Shown here: positions 23,082 through 36,496 of the stretch, piece by piece
Position numbering within the stretch: position 1 is the stretch's first letter
Layout: every line of letters starts with the position of its first letter
NCBI GenBank assembly: GCA_016748015.1
Contig: JAAOMT010000718.1
Span: 124,001 to 188,000 of the forward strand
DNA: 64,000 nucleotides
From: Geosiphon pyriformis uo1
Lineage: Eukaryota > Fungi > Glomeromycota
Direction: 5' to 3'
Notes under the pieces: model-generated
Databases searched by the model: none
What the model was told of the DNA's origin: nothing
What the model saw: the letters and a program-made list of their open reading frames with translations, nothing else
Position numbers and translations under genes: made by a program

Positions 23082-25100
23082 ACATCTTAATATGCTTCAG
23101 ACTAGTCTCTAAGTGATGCCAACCAACTGAGTTGTAAGCTTTGTGCATAATCTGCAGAACCAACCAAAGTTCTTGATTCTTCTCCAATGTATTCTCAACC
23201 ACCAAACCAACCACAAACACAGAAGTCTGTGTAGATGTGCCCTTCAAAATGGAAAAATTGTCCCCATGCAGAATGCCAAACTTACTACAAGCAAATGAGA
23301 TCTTATCTGAAAGAACCTTGGAGAGAATCTTCTTAGTCTCGATTAGTGTAATTGGCCTAATGTTAGTAAAAATCCCATCCCAATTGTAAGGTTTAGGAAT
23401 CATAGAGACCCAAGTCCTTCTTCACAAAACAGAAACACACTTCATCACCAGACAAGCATTCAAAATTTTCAAGAGATACTCCAATACCACCTTCTCACCA
23501 TGTTTCCAAAGTTTATTAGGAATGTTAGACAAGCCAGCAGCCTTGCTTTCTGGCAGATTCATGACAACTGAAAGTAATTCATGCTTATTGATCACACCCA
23601 TTATTCCAAAAAATGCATCATCTTTCACATAATCTAAAGGAGCATACTGGCAGGCCCAGAGATCAGATAAGGCTGGCAGCATGCTTCTTTTTCTTGTCCA
23701 TCCCTCCATAATTTCATCAACACTGAACTTCACGTCACCTGGCTCCAAAACTAGCTCATCATTCATCACCAAATGATCCAAGACCACTTTGCAGAAAGAA
23801 TGATCCAAAACACTCCTAATTATGCCACCTTTGTCTGAACAAAACTTCTCCATGCGATGCTCAATTGTCTTCTTAATAGATGCTTTCTCAGCCAACCTCG
23901 ACTTAAACAACTTAGACTTCCTGTAATCTTTACGAACCAATGATAAATGTTTAACAACTACACCAGAAGCTGCACCTGAATGGACCAAGTTGGCAAAAAC
24001 CTGGACTTTGGCTTCATCAATAGTTAACCATTTTTTCACAAAACAATCTACCTCAGACATATTATCAGAGTAGAAGCTCTTAATAATTTTGGCGACCAAC
24101 AACTCTAGCCTAAAGAACTTAAAAGAAAACTTGTTCCTAAAACACTGGAATTCACTGAACCAATGTCTCGAAAATACTTCATCTGCAGATTCAACCATCA
24201 TCTTTGATAAAATTTCCCACATAGCATCCACATCACCACAAGCAACAGCATCAGAAAACACACCTACATCCACCAAAAGCTTGCCAAAAGAGCAATCTCT
24301 AAATTTTGTCCATTTGGGACCATCTGCATTCTTGATTTTAAACTTCCAATGATCTCTATTAGCCTGTTTGCGCAGACTGTTCAACCAAATATCCAAAAGT
24401 TCATCCAAACCAATTGAGACCAAAACAGCATTGTGATCAATGTCAAAAAATTCAGAAACCAGACTGACATGATGACTTGTGATGGCAGAAGCCAAGATAC
24501 TATTGACAAAAACATAATCAATTGTTTTCTTAGTTCCTCTTGAGTTGCTCCATGTGGAAGCCCCCATTAAGTAATGATTAGCAAACACATTGACTAAACC
24601 TAAACTCAGGCAGAACTTGAAGCTTGCACTCCTATCAGAACCATTCTTATTGAAGTCCCCATCCAAAACCATGAAGGTGCTGAAGTTAACAGCCTTAGCA
24701 ATAAGAGAGTTAACCTCCAAAGCCTAACAAAAACGAGCCTTAAATGATGCACCAGCATACAAATCTAATAATATAACTGACAGCTTGCCTCTGAACAAGA
24801 GATGCACTGAAATTATCTAGCCAGGAACTTCCTCCACCTTGGACACATGTCAAGCCAGAGAATTGTTTATAATAACAGCCACCCCAGCACCCAAAAAACC
24901 TTTCTCCAAACCAGATGCAAAAACTTGAACGCCATCAAACTTATTCGCAATCCAAGGCCTAACACTGGAATGTAACTTAGTTTTTGTAATAAAAGACACC
25001 ATATTGTCTGATTGCTTATGCCAACGAATCACATCCTCCTGTTTAGCAGGGACATTGATTCTATGAACATTGTACATAGCAAATTTCCAAACCAGACCAC

Positions 25101-27055
25101 TCATTGGGATGAAGGAGAGATTAAAGAGCCCAAACCAGTACACAAAAGATCCAGCTTAGCCAAGACAGAATCAACAAATGCTTTCAGAGCCAACATCTTC
25201 AATTCCAAACCACCAACCTTAGAAGTCAGAACCTTTGAACTGCTAGAATTTAAACCATTAACTGACTCATTAACATCAGAAAGAAAAGAGAAGGATGACA
25301 CCAACACGTCATTCAGAGCCATATCTGAATCTAAAATAGAGACTACAGGTGCAGAACCAGCCAAAGAAAGGACACAAGAAGAAGACACCAATGGCACCAA
25401 ATCCACAAAACTCAGTTTTTTCAAGATGACAGACACTTGGTCTGCCATTAGCTTCATAGAGCACTCCAAAGATGCTAACCGATTGTTCAAACCAGTGAAT
25501 TCAGAGGAAAAAAACTTCAATAAGAAAGATGTCACACCAGAAATTGCACCAACACCAGAAACACCTGAAGAAATCACATGGGGAGAGGAGCTACCAGCAA
25601 TCTGGGCCCATGTTTTTCCACCAAAAAAGACTGGACAAGTGATAAAAGCTTGTTTCCTCTTATATATTCCAGCCAAGTAAACCTGATTCTGAAAAGTCAC
25701 CACTTGCTTACTGCGGCCACCAGAATTCTCATCTACCGAATACACATTTGAAATATGACCAAATTGTTTATATTTGGCACAGTGAGCCAAAGAAAGACTA
25801 ACTCAGTACAAGTTTACACCCTTAAAGACTGGAACAGAACTAATAGCAGTCAACTTGGATGCTTTATCAGCAAAACAAACCACAGCACATTTGTCATGCA
25901 CATATGAATTAGGATTACAGCCAATAAAACAAGTTTTTCTACCATATGATTCTAGCAGACCAGACAAATCATGAGCAGTTGTCCCAACTGGCAAAATATA
26001 AAGCAAAGCTCTATAATGATCCTTGATTATCCATGTTTGTTTGTTATTAATGGCCAATGCCACATGCACAGAATCTTTTTCCATATACACTGACTATTTA
26101 GAAGCAACTAGACTGGCAACCTCAGCTGATTTAAATTCCATAAGAGCTTTCTGTCATAAACCAATCAATTGCATCTTAATAGACATGATCTTACCAAATT
26201 TAGAGAAAACTGATTCTACTGCTGATTTGGGAAGATCTACTGGAATTTTCTTGATGATCACTTCCCGATCTAATTGGTTGTTTACCTTTCTAAGATTATT
26301 ATTAACAAGAATTTTTTTACAGATTGCCATTTTCTTAGCCATATTCAAACTCAATTCTGAAGTAAATGAAGATCTGATAATTTCTGGAAATTTTGAGGGA
26401 GTGGAAGCTTCCCCAAACTCATCCACTTGATAAAAAATTTTTTTTACATTGAACAATTTTTCACTGGAAGTTTTACTCGACACTGCAGAAAGCTCAATAT
26501 CAAAAGCAAAAGATTTGGTTGAATTGAAGCTCCATTTTTTCAAAACACGTGATTCAGCCAATGGGAAACACTTGGATCCAATGAACTTAGATAATAGAAG
26601 CAACATAGCATTGTTATTGTCATTGACATTGCTTATATGAGTAAACACCAGACTTTTTGGAGATTGGCTGAGCATGTAGATTTGGGTGTAAGTTTTTCAC
26701 AACATTATGTCGTCCATGTCCTCATTGACCACCGAATTGTTAGAATTCACATAACTTGTTTTCTTGGCAATCATATTTCTCATGTTTTTTACATCTGACA
26801 GACCACTGATACTACTAGCTTCGCTACCCACCTCATTGTCCCAAGACACAGTAGGCTTCCCACTAGTGCTTGCCACATCTTCAAGATTCAAAGGGCCAGC
26901 AAATGAATTGATAATACCTGCTCTAGCGACATGCTTCCTCGGTTTTTTTTGTGAAGCATCATGAGAATACACACTATCTAAACAGTTTTTTTTGCATTCA
27001 GGCGGGTCCCCAGACTAGCCAAAGCCACCAGCAAACAAGCCAACTGGTTCTATTA
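25101..27055 (-). pseudogene. LINE ORF1 (RRM-like domains plus decayed CCHC knuckle)
   Basis: VIIKKIPVDLPKSAVESVFSKFGKIMSIKM is RRM-like. CAKYKQFGHISNVY is CX2CX4HX4C with C>Y changes. The start codon has decayed, so the start is approximate. Confidence 0.75.
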
Positions 27056-27824
27056 TAACAAAAAGGGATTCGGTAGAAAAAATGGCTTGAATAAACTAAG
27101 AGAAAAGAAAAAAAAAAGCGATTTTTCCAAAAAAATTTTTGCTCCTATTGTGGTTAGGGGATCGACAAGAAAAGAATTTTTTTTTTAATATATTTGAATA
27201 TAGTTATATAGTAAACACAAAAAATTCAATATACTAAAAGTTTAATTTATATTTTAAATATATTAATATATATAAAAAATTAAAAGAAAAATTAAAAAAT
27301 ACTTAATAATTTTAATTCTAATTCAAAATTTTTTGCATTCTTTATAATCAACATTATTATTTCAAACTTTAAAACCATTTAAACTACTTTAATTTCAAAC
27401 AATTAAAAAAATTATTGTAAATAACATAACTTTTTTTAATGTTTTAGCACAGAAAAAAACTGTAAAAATTATCAATACAAGTAATAAAAAGCTTATTAAG
27501 CTTTAACAAATCTATAATTCTACTATTAACTTGAAAATTTAACATATTCTTCTCATCTGTATTACAGATTTCAAGAAAATTTTGCATAATAAGATTAAAA
27601 AAACCAAAAAATTAAAGCATTATGCAAAATACCAAAGTAAAAGTCAAATAAAAAAAGCAAAAATTTTGGAAAAATATCAAAAAATTATAAAATATAACTT
27701 ATCTAATTACCTATTTTTTTTTATCTAATATTTAAAATTACATAATTATATTTACAAATATATTAAATTTAAAGCTATAAACAAAAAAAGAAAAAAATTA
27801 TAAAAGTTAAAACTATTAATCAAA

Positions 27825-28080
27825 TTTTTTTTTTTAGTTTATGAATACAGCCCAATCACTATCTAATATACAGAAACAAAACAAATAAATCAAACTAAAT
27901 GTGGTTTATGTGCTTTTTATATGTGACTGGTTATTCAAACCAGACAAAACAGCACTATATACTTACCAAAACTTCTGTATCATTGTTCAAACCAGAAAAA
28001 AACAAACATGACTTGTGCAAACCAAAACTGATAGCAAAAAACTCAACTATATCAAGTAAATGAGCCATTTCTTCAAACAT
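27825..28080 (-). mobile_element. 5'-truncated, older 3'-end fragment of the same LINE family
   Basis: Poly(T) 27825-27835 is followed by agcccaatcactatctaatatacagaaac, matching agcccaaccactatctaatacatagaacc at ~348-376. Similarity continues for ~250 bp. Confidence 0.8.
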
Positions 28081-29919
28081 CATTTTTATAAAGCTTTAAA
28101 TTTAAAATATAATAAATATTTTTCTTATACTATTTTAAATAATTATTTATTGTTATATTAATTAATTATAATATTAGTGAAAATTTATTATTACTTAACC
28201 AATATTACAATTGCTTCTGTTTTATGAAATAAAAAAAACCATTTTAATAAATACTATTGTTTTGTTTTAATAAAAAAAGTTAAACAATTTGCAGCCTTAT
28301 TTTTTATTCAATCTGTAATTATTTTACAAAAAAATAAAACCAAAATTTTTTTTAGTATTCTTATAATTGAAAATTTTTTTCAAATTTTACAAAGTTTTTA
28401 AAAGCCAATTATATTATTAAATCATAATTTTTCAAATAATATATAGTAAAAGTTGATTCTATTAATCTATTTGTTAATAAACTTAAATTATATAAATAAT
28501 ACTTTTTGCAATAGTCAATTATCAATTTTTATTTATTTATAATATAAAATTAATACAAGTTTTGTTACTTATATAAATAACTTAAATTTATTAATACAAA
28601 ATGTTTATTTTAATAAAATATTAAAAATTAATAGTTAACTCAAACACATCTGAATTTTTTTAATTAATAAAAATCCAAACAAAAATTTCTATTATATGAA
28701 AAACTTTTTTGAATATTGTAAAATATTTCATGTATTTAATTTTGATTATTTTTTAGTTAGAACACATGTTTTTGATTAATTAACATATAATTTAGTTAAT
28801 TATAATATGACAATACTTTTTCAAAAACTTGTTAAAATAATATTACTAATTAATAAATATGGTTTTTATCTTAATTTTTAAAACCAAGTAATTAATTTAA
28901 AACTTGTAATAAAAAACTTTTATTATATTGAAAAAAGCTTATTTACTCTTTAAAAATGAGATTTTATCTTTAAAAAACAGTTATAATACAATATATTAAT
29001 AAAAAAACTTTTTTTTTGTTGATATTATATTTTTAAAATATAATAAAAAAAATACCAATAAATTTGTATCTTAATAATAGCTAAAAAATTATACTAAAAT
29101 ATATTAATATTCTTTTGACATTAAAAAATGTAAAAACACTTCTTGTTGCTTACTTAAATAATATAAAAAAACAGCTATTTTTTTTGCAAAAAATAATGGA
29201 ATTTTTTCACTTGTAACAAAAAAAAAAGATAATTATTACTTAAATTCACTTTATATATTAGAGTATTATAACAAAGTAAAAATATTTAGATATAATACTT
29301 ACTATCTTTTAACTATAAGCAATTATATTTATTTCTGTTGTTTTATTTGTAATGCATATTTTCTAATACTTTTATTGGTTGTACTATACAAAAAAAATTA
29401 ACATTTAAGATAATAAAGATGATTAACTAAACAAAAATAACTTACTAATTTAATTGATAATTTTTTTGTTTATTCTAAACAAGTGTTAGCCTTACAAAGT
29501 TGTGAAATATTTTCAAAAGGGAAATAAGAAGACAACTAAATTTTTTATAACCTGAAGCCTTAGAAAGTTTTATAATTAGGGAATGAAGAAAAAGACTATA
29601 GTTTGATAAATAAATTAGATTGCATTTCTATATTCTAATTGATTAATAAATCATGTGCCATTTAAAGTCGTAATTGGCTAATAAAATCCAAAATCACATG
29701 CCATATAAAATCATGTGAAACATGAGATTTTGAATTCCCCCCTCCACCCTTTCATAATGACGTGGATATATGTTCGTCCCCTAATAATTTGTAGGATCAA
29801 CTATTTATCAATTGCAAACGCGAACTTTTCGTGTTTAATCTACAACTCCAGTTTTAATAAAACAAATCTTCAAGGCTCCTCTGCTCTTTTTAGGTAAAAA
29901 AGTACGCAAGCTACTTGAT

Positions 29920-32900
29920 ATGCCTGTGATTAAGCTTGAAACACGCATAGAAGCTACCTTTCAACTCCCACGTCCCGTTGGCTCTGCATTTTTAAAATGT
30001 CTTGAAGGGTGGCACGACTGGGTTACAGTTCGAGTCATTCCAAATTCCTTACACATATTCTCAAAAGGAAAGCTCACTGAAATATGGCGCTTTCGAGCAG
30101 AACCTATCGATGTTTCTCTTGATGCATTGCAATCTAATTCTTCACATATGGGGAGTTCTGTATTGGTAACCACCGGAGACGGCGCTATATGGAGAATTCA
30201 AACGCCAGTGCAGCGGAAGAAAAGGTAAATTTCATTATTTGATTCTTTCATTTGCTTAAAAAATCGAAAATCATTTTTGATTTATTCATATTTTGATTCT
30301 TGAGGAATTTCGATTCACAATCTGATGAGCCATTGATTGATCATCAATCGCAAGCCTTTCTTCAAAGACAACATGAAACCTTTGTCAGCAAAGACAATCA
30401 AATCAGTCGTGTTAAAGGGCCTAAGAATGTCTCGGAGGTGGTCAATCAACCAACAAATTTGTCTAAGTTATCAAAACCTCTCTTCTATCCACCTATAATA
30501 ATAAACGTCCATGATCAAGATCGTGTCTACGACCAGGCATTTAATCAGATTTTTATCTTGAAGATTTTCAACATAGAATCATATATAGCCATTATAAACC
30601 TTTTTTATTTATACATTTATGGAACTTTAATAAAATTCAATACTACTTGAAGATCGGCATTTGTGCCTTGCATCCTTCTCAACTTTCCGATATCCATGGA
30701 ATATTGTTGTGTTGCCATGGTGGTGAATTGGTTTTTATGTCCTTGGCTTCTAAAACGCCTTCCAATCAAGTTGTTTATCGCCCTCCAAGATCATATACCG
30801 ACGACGAAAAAATAACATGCCAATTGATTGATATCCTATACAATTTCAGGCGCTTTGTTTTTTATTCATCTTCAATACTGATTCTTTAACAGGAATTAAT
30901 ACTTCGTCCGACTACTCAAGTGAATTCATCAAATGCTTATAAAAACAACGCTTCCTATAATTCTTGCAATTTGATATCAAGCGATTTTCTTCCCGTGATT
31001 TCGAGCTCTGAAAAGTAAATTTTAAATATGTATTTGTTCTAGGTGGGCCAAAAATAAATAATCACTTAATTGGAGAACAGCGTTTTTTTTGAGACCGATA
31101 TTTTATTATTAGGATCGCAATCTGGTATGGTTTATTTTCAACCGATCACTGAAAATGCCCAAGCGGACCCAGAACCTATCGCCGCTTTTACAGTAATATT
31201 TTTAATGTTAAATGATCTTGCCCAGACGTTCAATCTCATTATTAATGTCTCACTTAAATCATTTTTTTAGGGTGAGCCAGTTGCTGCAATATACACTTTA
31301 TATATTGACGACCAGCCGACGACATCATCAAATATAATGATCCAAGAAAAGCATCATAACAGTATGATTATGGTTGGGTATGTATCTGCTTGTATATAAA
31401 ATCAATACCAATTGTTGTTTTATATCAATATTATTTCAGAGCTTACGGCACTATCAATTTGATCCTCGTCTCTCGCCCATCTCACGACTCATCTCCATCC
31501 ATCATTTGCAAGGATTATTACGTTTCATGTCCCGTTTTTTCTTCCGTCCTCTTCAAAGTCGGTTAGAAATCTTTGCAAATACTCAAAAATTATGACTAAT
31601 CTCCTTGGTTATTATTAGAATCGTTTGATTATCGCGGCGCAAGACGGTCAAGCTATGCTTCTTGACTTTTCCCAGAACGTTCTGGTCGACGGTATTTCAT
31701 AATAGTGTTTGAAATTCTCGAGGTCATTGATATTGCAATTTCCGGATATTCAATCATATTATGCTTTATGTTTTAGGAAAACTTCTTCCAATAAATTTTA
31801 TACCTTTGGAACTTCCAAAAAACATCATTCGTATGTCTTGCCACGCGCAACCCTACCTAGATCCTCATGATGGCTTGCTATTTATTTTGCTACAGGATGG
31901 ACGCTTAATTCGAGTACAACTTTCCCTCATGAGGTATTGATTTCATTTAGGGAGAAAGAATATTTGATTTCAATATGAGTGAAAATTCACCCTTTTTACT
32001 TTCTACTTTACTAGCCAAGAAAAGCCACAGGCTTTACTACCAATAAATGAGCTGAAACGCGGCATAAAAGAACAATTGAATATTATTGCCGAGAATTCAG
32101 TTAATCAAGCTGAAATTGATAAAATCCAGCAGGTCCTTAAATAATAATTCATATATATCCTACGCAGTTTTCTCGGCACCTGTATTGAAATTGATCTCTG
32201 CATTTATAGCTCCTCAACTCGGCCATCATTTCGCGTAATTTAGTCATTCATGAGCTACAAGCTTTTCGCAAAAAAAGAAAAGTCTCGAAAGAAGACCAAA
32301 ATCTACCTTTTGATTTTGATTGTCTTCCTATCACAATACCAATATCCTCAGGAACTATTACCAATCGTACATATCTCAAAGTTAGATTGACGAGCCGACT
32401 TGGTATTGATTGGAGTCAAGGCTGGGCATGTGCGCACATCCCTTAGCATTATTCTGGAATTTTGGTCTTTGTTACTAACATTTTCTCTATATTGATAGTC
32501 ATAGTTATCTTAAATGATGCTATTCGGTTCCAAAATCATAATTTGAAAAATAAAGAAACAGTTTTTTCATACTCAGTTGGATTATCGGATATGACCTCAA
32601 CGTGGTAAGTTCTAATTTAAGCTTTTGGATTCAAGAACAAAAGTTGGGTTGGACAAAATCTTTTATTAGATTTAAATTCCTCGAAATCCTCGTTCAATAC
32701 TGAAATTTGAATCCTCATAATTACCATAATTTTCCAAATGCAATTAATTATCGGCGTTTTGTACGAGATTTTACGTATGTATTCCACTAACGGTCTCTAT
32801 TGTATTCCTCACGTCCTCCCATGGCCCATCAATGCTATATCACCAATCAATTGTTTTAAGGGAACGTGATTTCGAGATAAATCTACGCCATTTGCAATTC

Positions 32901-34289
32901 CCAGTTTCGGCCAAATTTGGCATGTACTTTACCACGCCATTCCCGACTTACTCAAAGTATCACAATGGGAAACGTAGGTTATGAATAATTAAATCAATAG
33001 TATTTTGATATTTTAGCTTCGCTAACCTCACTACTTTACCAAGCACGGTTGATCTATTTCCCCATTCAAACCTTACGTTACGATATCTTGGATTTCATCA
33101 CTCCGTGTCCTGAAAATCTTATTCTAAGATTCCAACAGCAACGACATTTTAGTGCTCATCCCTTACTTCCTGGCTTCAATGGTCCAATGGAAGGAGACTT
33201 TTTCTCTAATAAGGGAGATTTCAGGAAAGCCGTGGAAACGCTTTTAGCCAAATTGGCCAAGGATTTCAAGTCAGAGGTAATTTTAAATTAAGCTCATTTT
33301 TCAGTTTATAAATCAATTCTTTACTAAAAGTTTATATATTTCCCTGTTTCTAATTGGCCAGAAAACAGGATCATGGAATGAGCTCATCTCGTCGCTTAAT
33401 GTTGGAACTGCATATATAAATTTCAACCTCACGTCCGTTGATATTGATAACACAGAATTGAATGCCAAGGGGAAAAGAAAAGCCGATTCGGAAAGTGCTT
33501 GGCGACGGTGCCTGTGTATGATTTTGGGAGAATCTATTGAAGTGTATGAAATATATCTTTTTCTTTGGAAGAAAATTTCAGTCTTTTGACTAGCGTTGTA
33601 TTTTGGAACTTTTTCAGAGATCAATTACGGGAGATTGTAAAGAGTTCTGAACTTGCTATCTTTCAAGCTCCACTGAGTCTGGAACCTGTTTTTCTCAATT
33701 TAAATAGAGGCAAGTTTGAAGCATTTCACCTTTAAATTTTTTCAATCTTCTAATTAATGGATGATAACCTATCCAGTCACTCGTAACGAATCACAAGAAA
33801 ATCATAGTCAAAATATGCTTGTCATACAATTGAAAATTACATGCAACTCGAATGAAACTTTGCTTCTTGTCGAAGAAGCCTTGTTGAAACGCCTCAAAGA
33901 TTTCTCCAATCCGATCAACGACAATTTTCCCTCTGCTGAAGCATCGGATATAATGGAAGTCGACCACCTTGGTATCATTATACAAGACGCCACCATCCCC
34001 TGAATTCGAATCTTTTTTTATCTAACAAAACTTGCTAATATAAATCATTCATCTCCTAGAACATGACCCCATTGCGTTATTGGAAATTGAACAGATGATT
34101 CGTAGCCTTAAAACCCATCATCATAATTATGTGAAAGGATCTACGGTGGGCGAAAATTCAACAAGCGATAAATTGGATCAACATTCCTCCAAAAGTCTTG
34201 CGGAATTCGAGATCCTTTTGAAGGAATTAATGAAGGCGATACGAGAGCAAGGAAAAAAGATATGGCTTCCTGGGATAGTTTATATGTAG
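29920..34289 (+). CDS. Multi-exon gene, putative FAAP100-like (Fanconi anaemia core complex-associated) protein
   Basis: Many short exons join in frame. Segments LLLGSQSGMVYF..VGEPVAAI..MIMVG, GIKEQLNIIAE..LLNSAI and DWSQGWAF resemble colinear animal FAAP100 segments as recalled. The gene is well supported; the product call is tentative. Confidence 0.5.
30831..30902 (+). other. U12-type AT-AC intron
   Basis: 5' ATATCCT; branch site TTCTTTAAC at 30882-30890; 3' AC at 30901-30902. Splicing removes an in-frame stop and restores the frame into the next two exons. Confidence 0.85.
33710..33776 (+). other. GC-AG intron
   Basis: AG|GCAAGT donor and TCCAG acceptor. The join gives in-frame NR-V-TRNESQ. 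Confidence 0.7.
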
Positions 34290-34778
34290 GAAAAGATGTT
34301 AATTTTTAAAAATTGGAGCATCCCTTTATTTTCGCTGGCCAAAAGCTACATCCATCAGTACGTTAAACTTAAATAGGGTTTAAAACCAAGTCAAAATAAA
34401 AGTAATTTATTTACACAAATCCAAAAATTCTGAAACCAACATATTTGTATTTAGGTGATTTTGTCTGCAATGAATTGATGAAAAATTTTTTTAACACTCG
34501 ATTAATTTGTTTTTTGAAAGCTTAAAATATTTTTATTTAACCATTATCAAATATTATAAGTTCAAGTTTCAAATAATAATAAATGATAACAAGGATAATA
34601 ACAAAACAAATAAAAATATGTATTGATTCAAATTAAGTTTATTACAAATTTTAGTAATATTTATAATTTCCAAAATTAGATTCTGTTTGGATGGCATAAT
34701 TTAATTTATTTGCTAAATCAGATTTTAGATAAAAAATTCTAACATAAAATTCGCTTTTTTAAGCTTTCCTCTAGAAAT

Positions 34779-36496
34779 ATGTCAACTGCTTCAGAGTTTT
34801 ATTCAAAAGCCAACGATGCCTTCTTCGAAGACGATTTCGATGAAGCACTCAACTTCTACACTAAAGCAGTTGAAATTGACACGTCAAACGCTGAATATTT
34901 CATCAAGAGGTCAAAATTTCTTCAGAAATTATTTTCGAATTTCCTATTCTATGCAACGTTCAACTCTTAAAAAGTTTCGGATGCATTTACATTTAGATCT
35001 GCTACCTATTCAAAATTGAATAAAAATCAAGAGGCACTTGCTGACGCTGAAACAGCTTTGAAATTGACAGAAGGAAAAGAGGATAGTAAAGCTATAAGAG
35101 CGAGATCTTTCTTGCGAAAAGGGTGAGATCTTAAAAGTTGAAATAGTCAATGTATCATTTTTTCTTGAAATTAATAAATTTCTGGACTACACTGGTCTTT
35201 TATTAGCATTGCTTCTTTTGCCCTCAAGGATTATTATACAGCCAAATTATCATTTGAAAGTTCCAAGGAATTGAACCCTGACGAAAAATCCTTGATTACT
35301 TGGTTAAGAAAAGTTGATGCAGAGTTGGGAAAAAGTGATTAAAGCATTTTCTTTACCAATTTCCCTCTTTCTGATTTCTAATCTCCTCATTATTGGATAA
35401 AAACTTCAAATGGAATAAAGTACCTCAGAAGCCACTCGATTCCTCACCTTCTACTTCGGCTGCCTCAAAAGCTCTCGATAATTCCTCACCATCCCCAGCG
35501 TCACCCTCATCTTTTCTGTTGAAAAGTCGTGTCAGGTTTGGTTTAATTATTTCTCAAATCTCAGTTTCTTGAAAGTATTCGAAAAATAATATTTTGGACT
35601 ATATTAGACATGAATGGTTCCAGAACGAAAACTATGTCACTATTAGCATTTTTATCAAAAATGTCAAAAAAGATACGGTTGATGTCAGAATCCATAACCG
35701 TTCGGTATGTGGTATTACTGTTCACACTCTAAGGAAGTATTTGTTATTCACCATTACCATTATCTTTTAATGGACTGTTTAGATATCGGTAACGGTCAAG
35801 TTACCTAGTGGATCAGACTATTCCTTAGAGTTAGATCCTCTTGCACATGATATAATACCCGATGAGAGTAAATATGAGGTACTCTCTACAAAAATCGAAA
35901 TAAAGCTGAAAAAAGCAAATGTCGGTGTTAAATGGGGGGTTTTGGAAGGAGAAGATAATATTGCAGGCTCCATCAGTGTTAGTGATGGTTAGTAATCGGT
36001 TCTTGAATCGATTTGAGTTTTTTTGCTGATTAAAAAATGGGTTTTGATATTAGCCAAGTTAGCCTATCCATCTTCAGCTCGCAAAGCCAAAAATTGGGAT
36101 GCTTTAGAAAAGGAAATATCAAAAGAAAAGGACGCGAAAGAGGGCGAAGCTGCTTTAAACGAAATGTTTCAAGAGCTCTATAAAAACGCCGATGATGATA
36201 CGAAAAGAGCGATGTTAAAAAGTTATACCGAGAGCAGTGGCACATGTCTCAGTACCAATTGGAGTGAAGTCAAAAAGGGCAAAGTGGAAACAAAGCCGCC
36301 AGAAAGTATGGTTGCAAAAAAGGTAATCTTTTTATTTTTCAATATTTTGTACTTTTACTAATTAACAAGGCTGATCCTAATGAAATTTTTTCCTCCGGTT
36401 CTTTTATCCATTTGACCCATGATTTTAATTGGTTGATATCACTGTTAATTTTGCCTTCATTTCGACTAATCCTTTAAGTGGAACGGTGGGAGTTAA
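34779..36496 (+). CDS. SGT1: Hsp90 co-chaperone Sgt1 (TPR-CS-SGS), multi-exon
   Basis: TPR (ANDAFFEDDFDEALNFYTKA), CS (HEWFQNE..LSTKIEIKLKK) and SGS (YPSS..NWDAL..LYKNADDDTKRAMLKSYTESSGTCLSTNW) domains. Confidence 0.95.

Larger units (their letters stand above)
453..25104 (-). pseudogene. LINE ORF2 (endonuclease-RT-RNase H), fragmented by stops, frameshifts and two insertions
   Basis: Colinear ORF-track pieces 24850-25143, 23422-24720, 23050-23403, 12542-13048, 11585-12535, 11219-11584, 777-1175 and 453-722. Likely ATG at 25104 (MSGLVWKFA). Confidence 0.85.
311..27180 (-). mobile_element. Non-LTR retrotransposon (LINE: ORF1 RRM+CCHC; ORF2 APE-RT-RNase H-zinc finger), decayed and split into three pieces (311-1135, 11247-13237, 23082-~27180) by two Gypsy insertions
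   Basis: APE motifs (YNVH, LDGDFN, TIDYVF, DIDH at 23.4-25.1 kb). RT motifs (RPITLIET, GLDQNEVFS, AFVND at 12.5-13.2 and 23.1-23.4 kb). RNase H motifs (FTNSS, TELQA, LDSQAA, WVMVKGHSGVYGNVKAD at 11.3-11.9 kb). C-terminal CLLC..HVFSC at 0.9-1.0 kb. Poly(T) at 311-330 is the poly(A) tail. The frame is restored across both insertions when one 4-bp TSD copy is removed. The 5' boundary is approximate. Confidence 0.9.

Noticed and set aside
25012-25680. 222-aa plus-strand ORF and other antisense ORFs over TE and gene bodies
   Set aside because: Shadows of coding sequence on the opposite strand, with no motifs.
33972-34059. GTATCATT donor here and GTATCTAT at 43113 (MAF1) as further U12 introns
   Set aside because: Both mismatch GTATCCT and have no CCTTAAC-like branch site near the acceptor.
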